Shown here: piece by piece, positions 63,779 through 64,000 of the stretch
How positions within the stretch are numbered: position 1 is the first letter of the stretch
Layout: each line of letters begins with the position of its first letter
Assembly (NCBI RefSeq): GCF_006345805.1
Contig: NC_042998.1
Location: 30,070,001-30,134,000, forward strand
Source: Octopus sinensis
Lineage: Eukaryota
Length of the DNA: 64,000 nt
Direction: 5' to 3'
Made by a program: the position numbers and the translations under genes
Notes under the pieces: model-generated
What the model saw: only the letters and a program-made list of their open reading frames with translations
Database searches by the model: none
Told to the model about the DNA's origin: nothing

Positions 63779-64000
63779 TAAATAAATCGAAATATACATT
63801 CTTGTGTCTCCTTTAGAAGAACATGGGAATGACGTATATAAGTTAGGAATGAACACAGATGAATTCGGTTGAAGTAACTTTGCAAAACTTAAAGCGCTAC
63901 GTAATGTTACTTATATGGAGACAATTCGATCGATTATCATAATTGCTTTCCTTTAATACGGTAGTGTTTTACACATTTTCTGGTAAAATAAGAAGGAAGA

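Overview
AT-rich eukaryotic DNA, very probably from an Octopus genome (inferred from the tRNA-derived SINE families, the microsatellite load and the element spectrum). I could not support any host protein-coding gene, so this is intergenic or a very large intron. Most ORFs in the track are microsatellite or antisense artefacts. The window is a mosaic of three tRNA-derived SINE families (called SINE-A, -B, -C here), non-LTR fragments (Tx1/L1, R4/Dong-like, RTE, CR1), a decayed Penelope-like element, non-autonomous Helitrons, Tc1/mariner remnants, palindromic MITE-like elements and a 100-N gap. Three observations stand out. (1) The SINE-A 3' tail matches the 3' termini of two different Tx1-clade LINE copies in this window, pointing to a Tx1-mobilised tRNA SINE. 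(2) SINE-A forms head-to-tail stacks at four loci with the same junction (GAAATA|GGTATTTC), and one stack shows an age gradient, suggesting serial insertion into its own copies. (3) Five minimal Penelope-type hammerhead ribozyme motifs with palindromic stem III occur at four loci, one fused behind a tRNA-like head. All family assignments and alignments were made by eye; element edges without a TSD are approximate.
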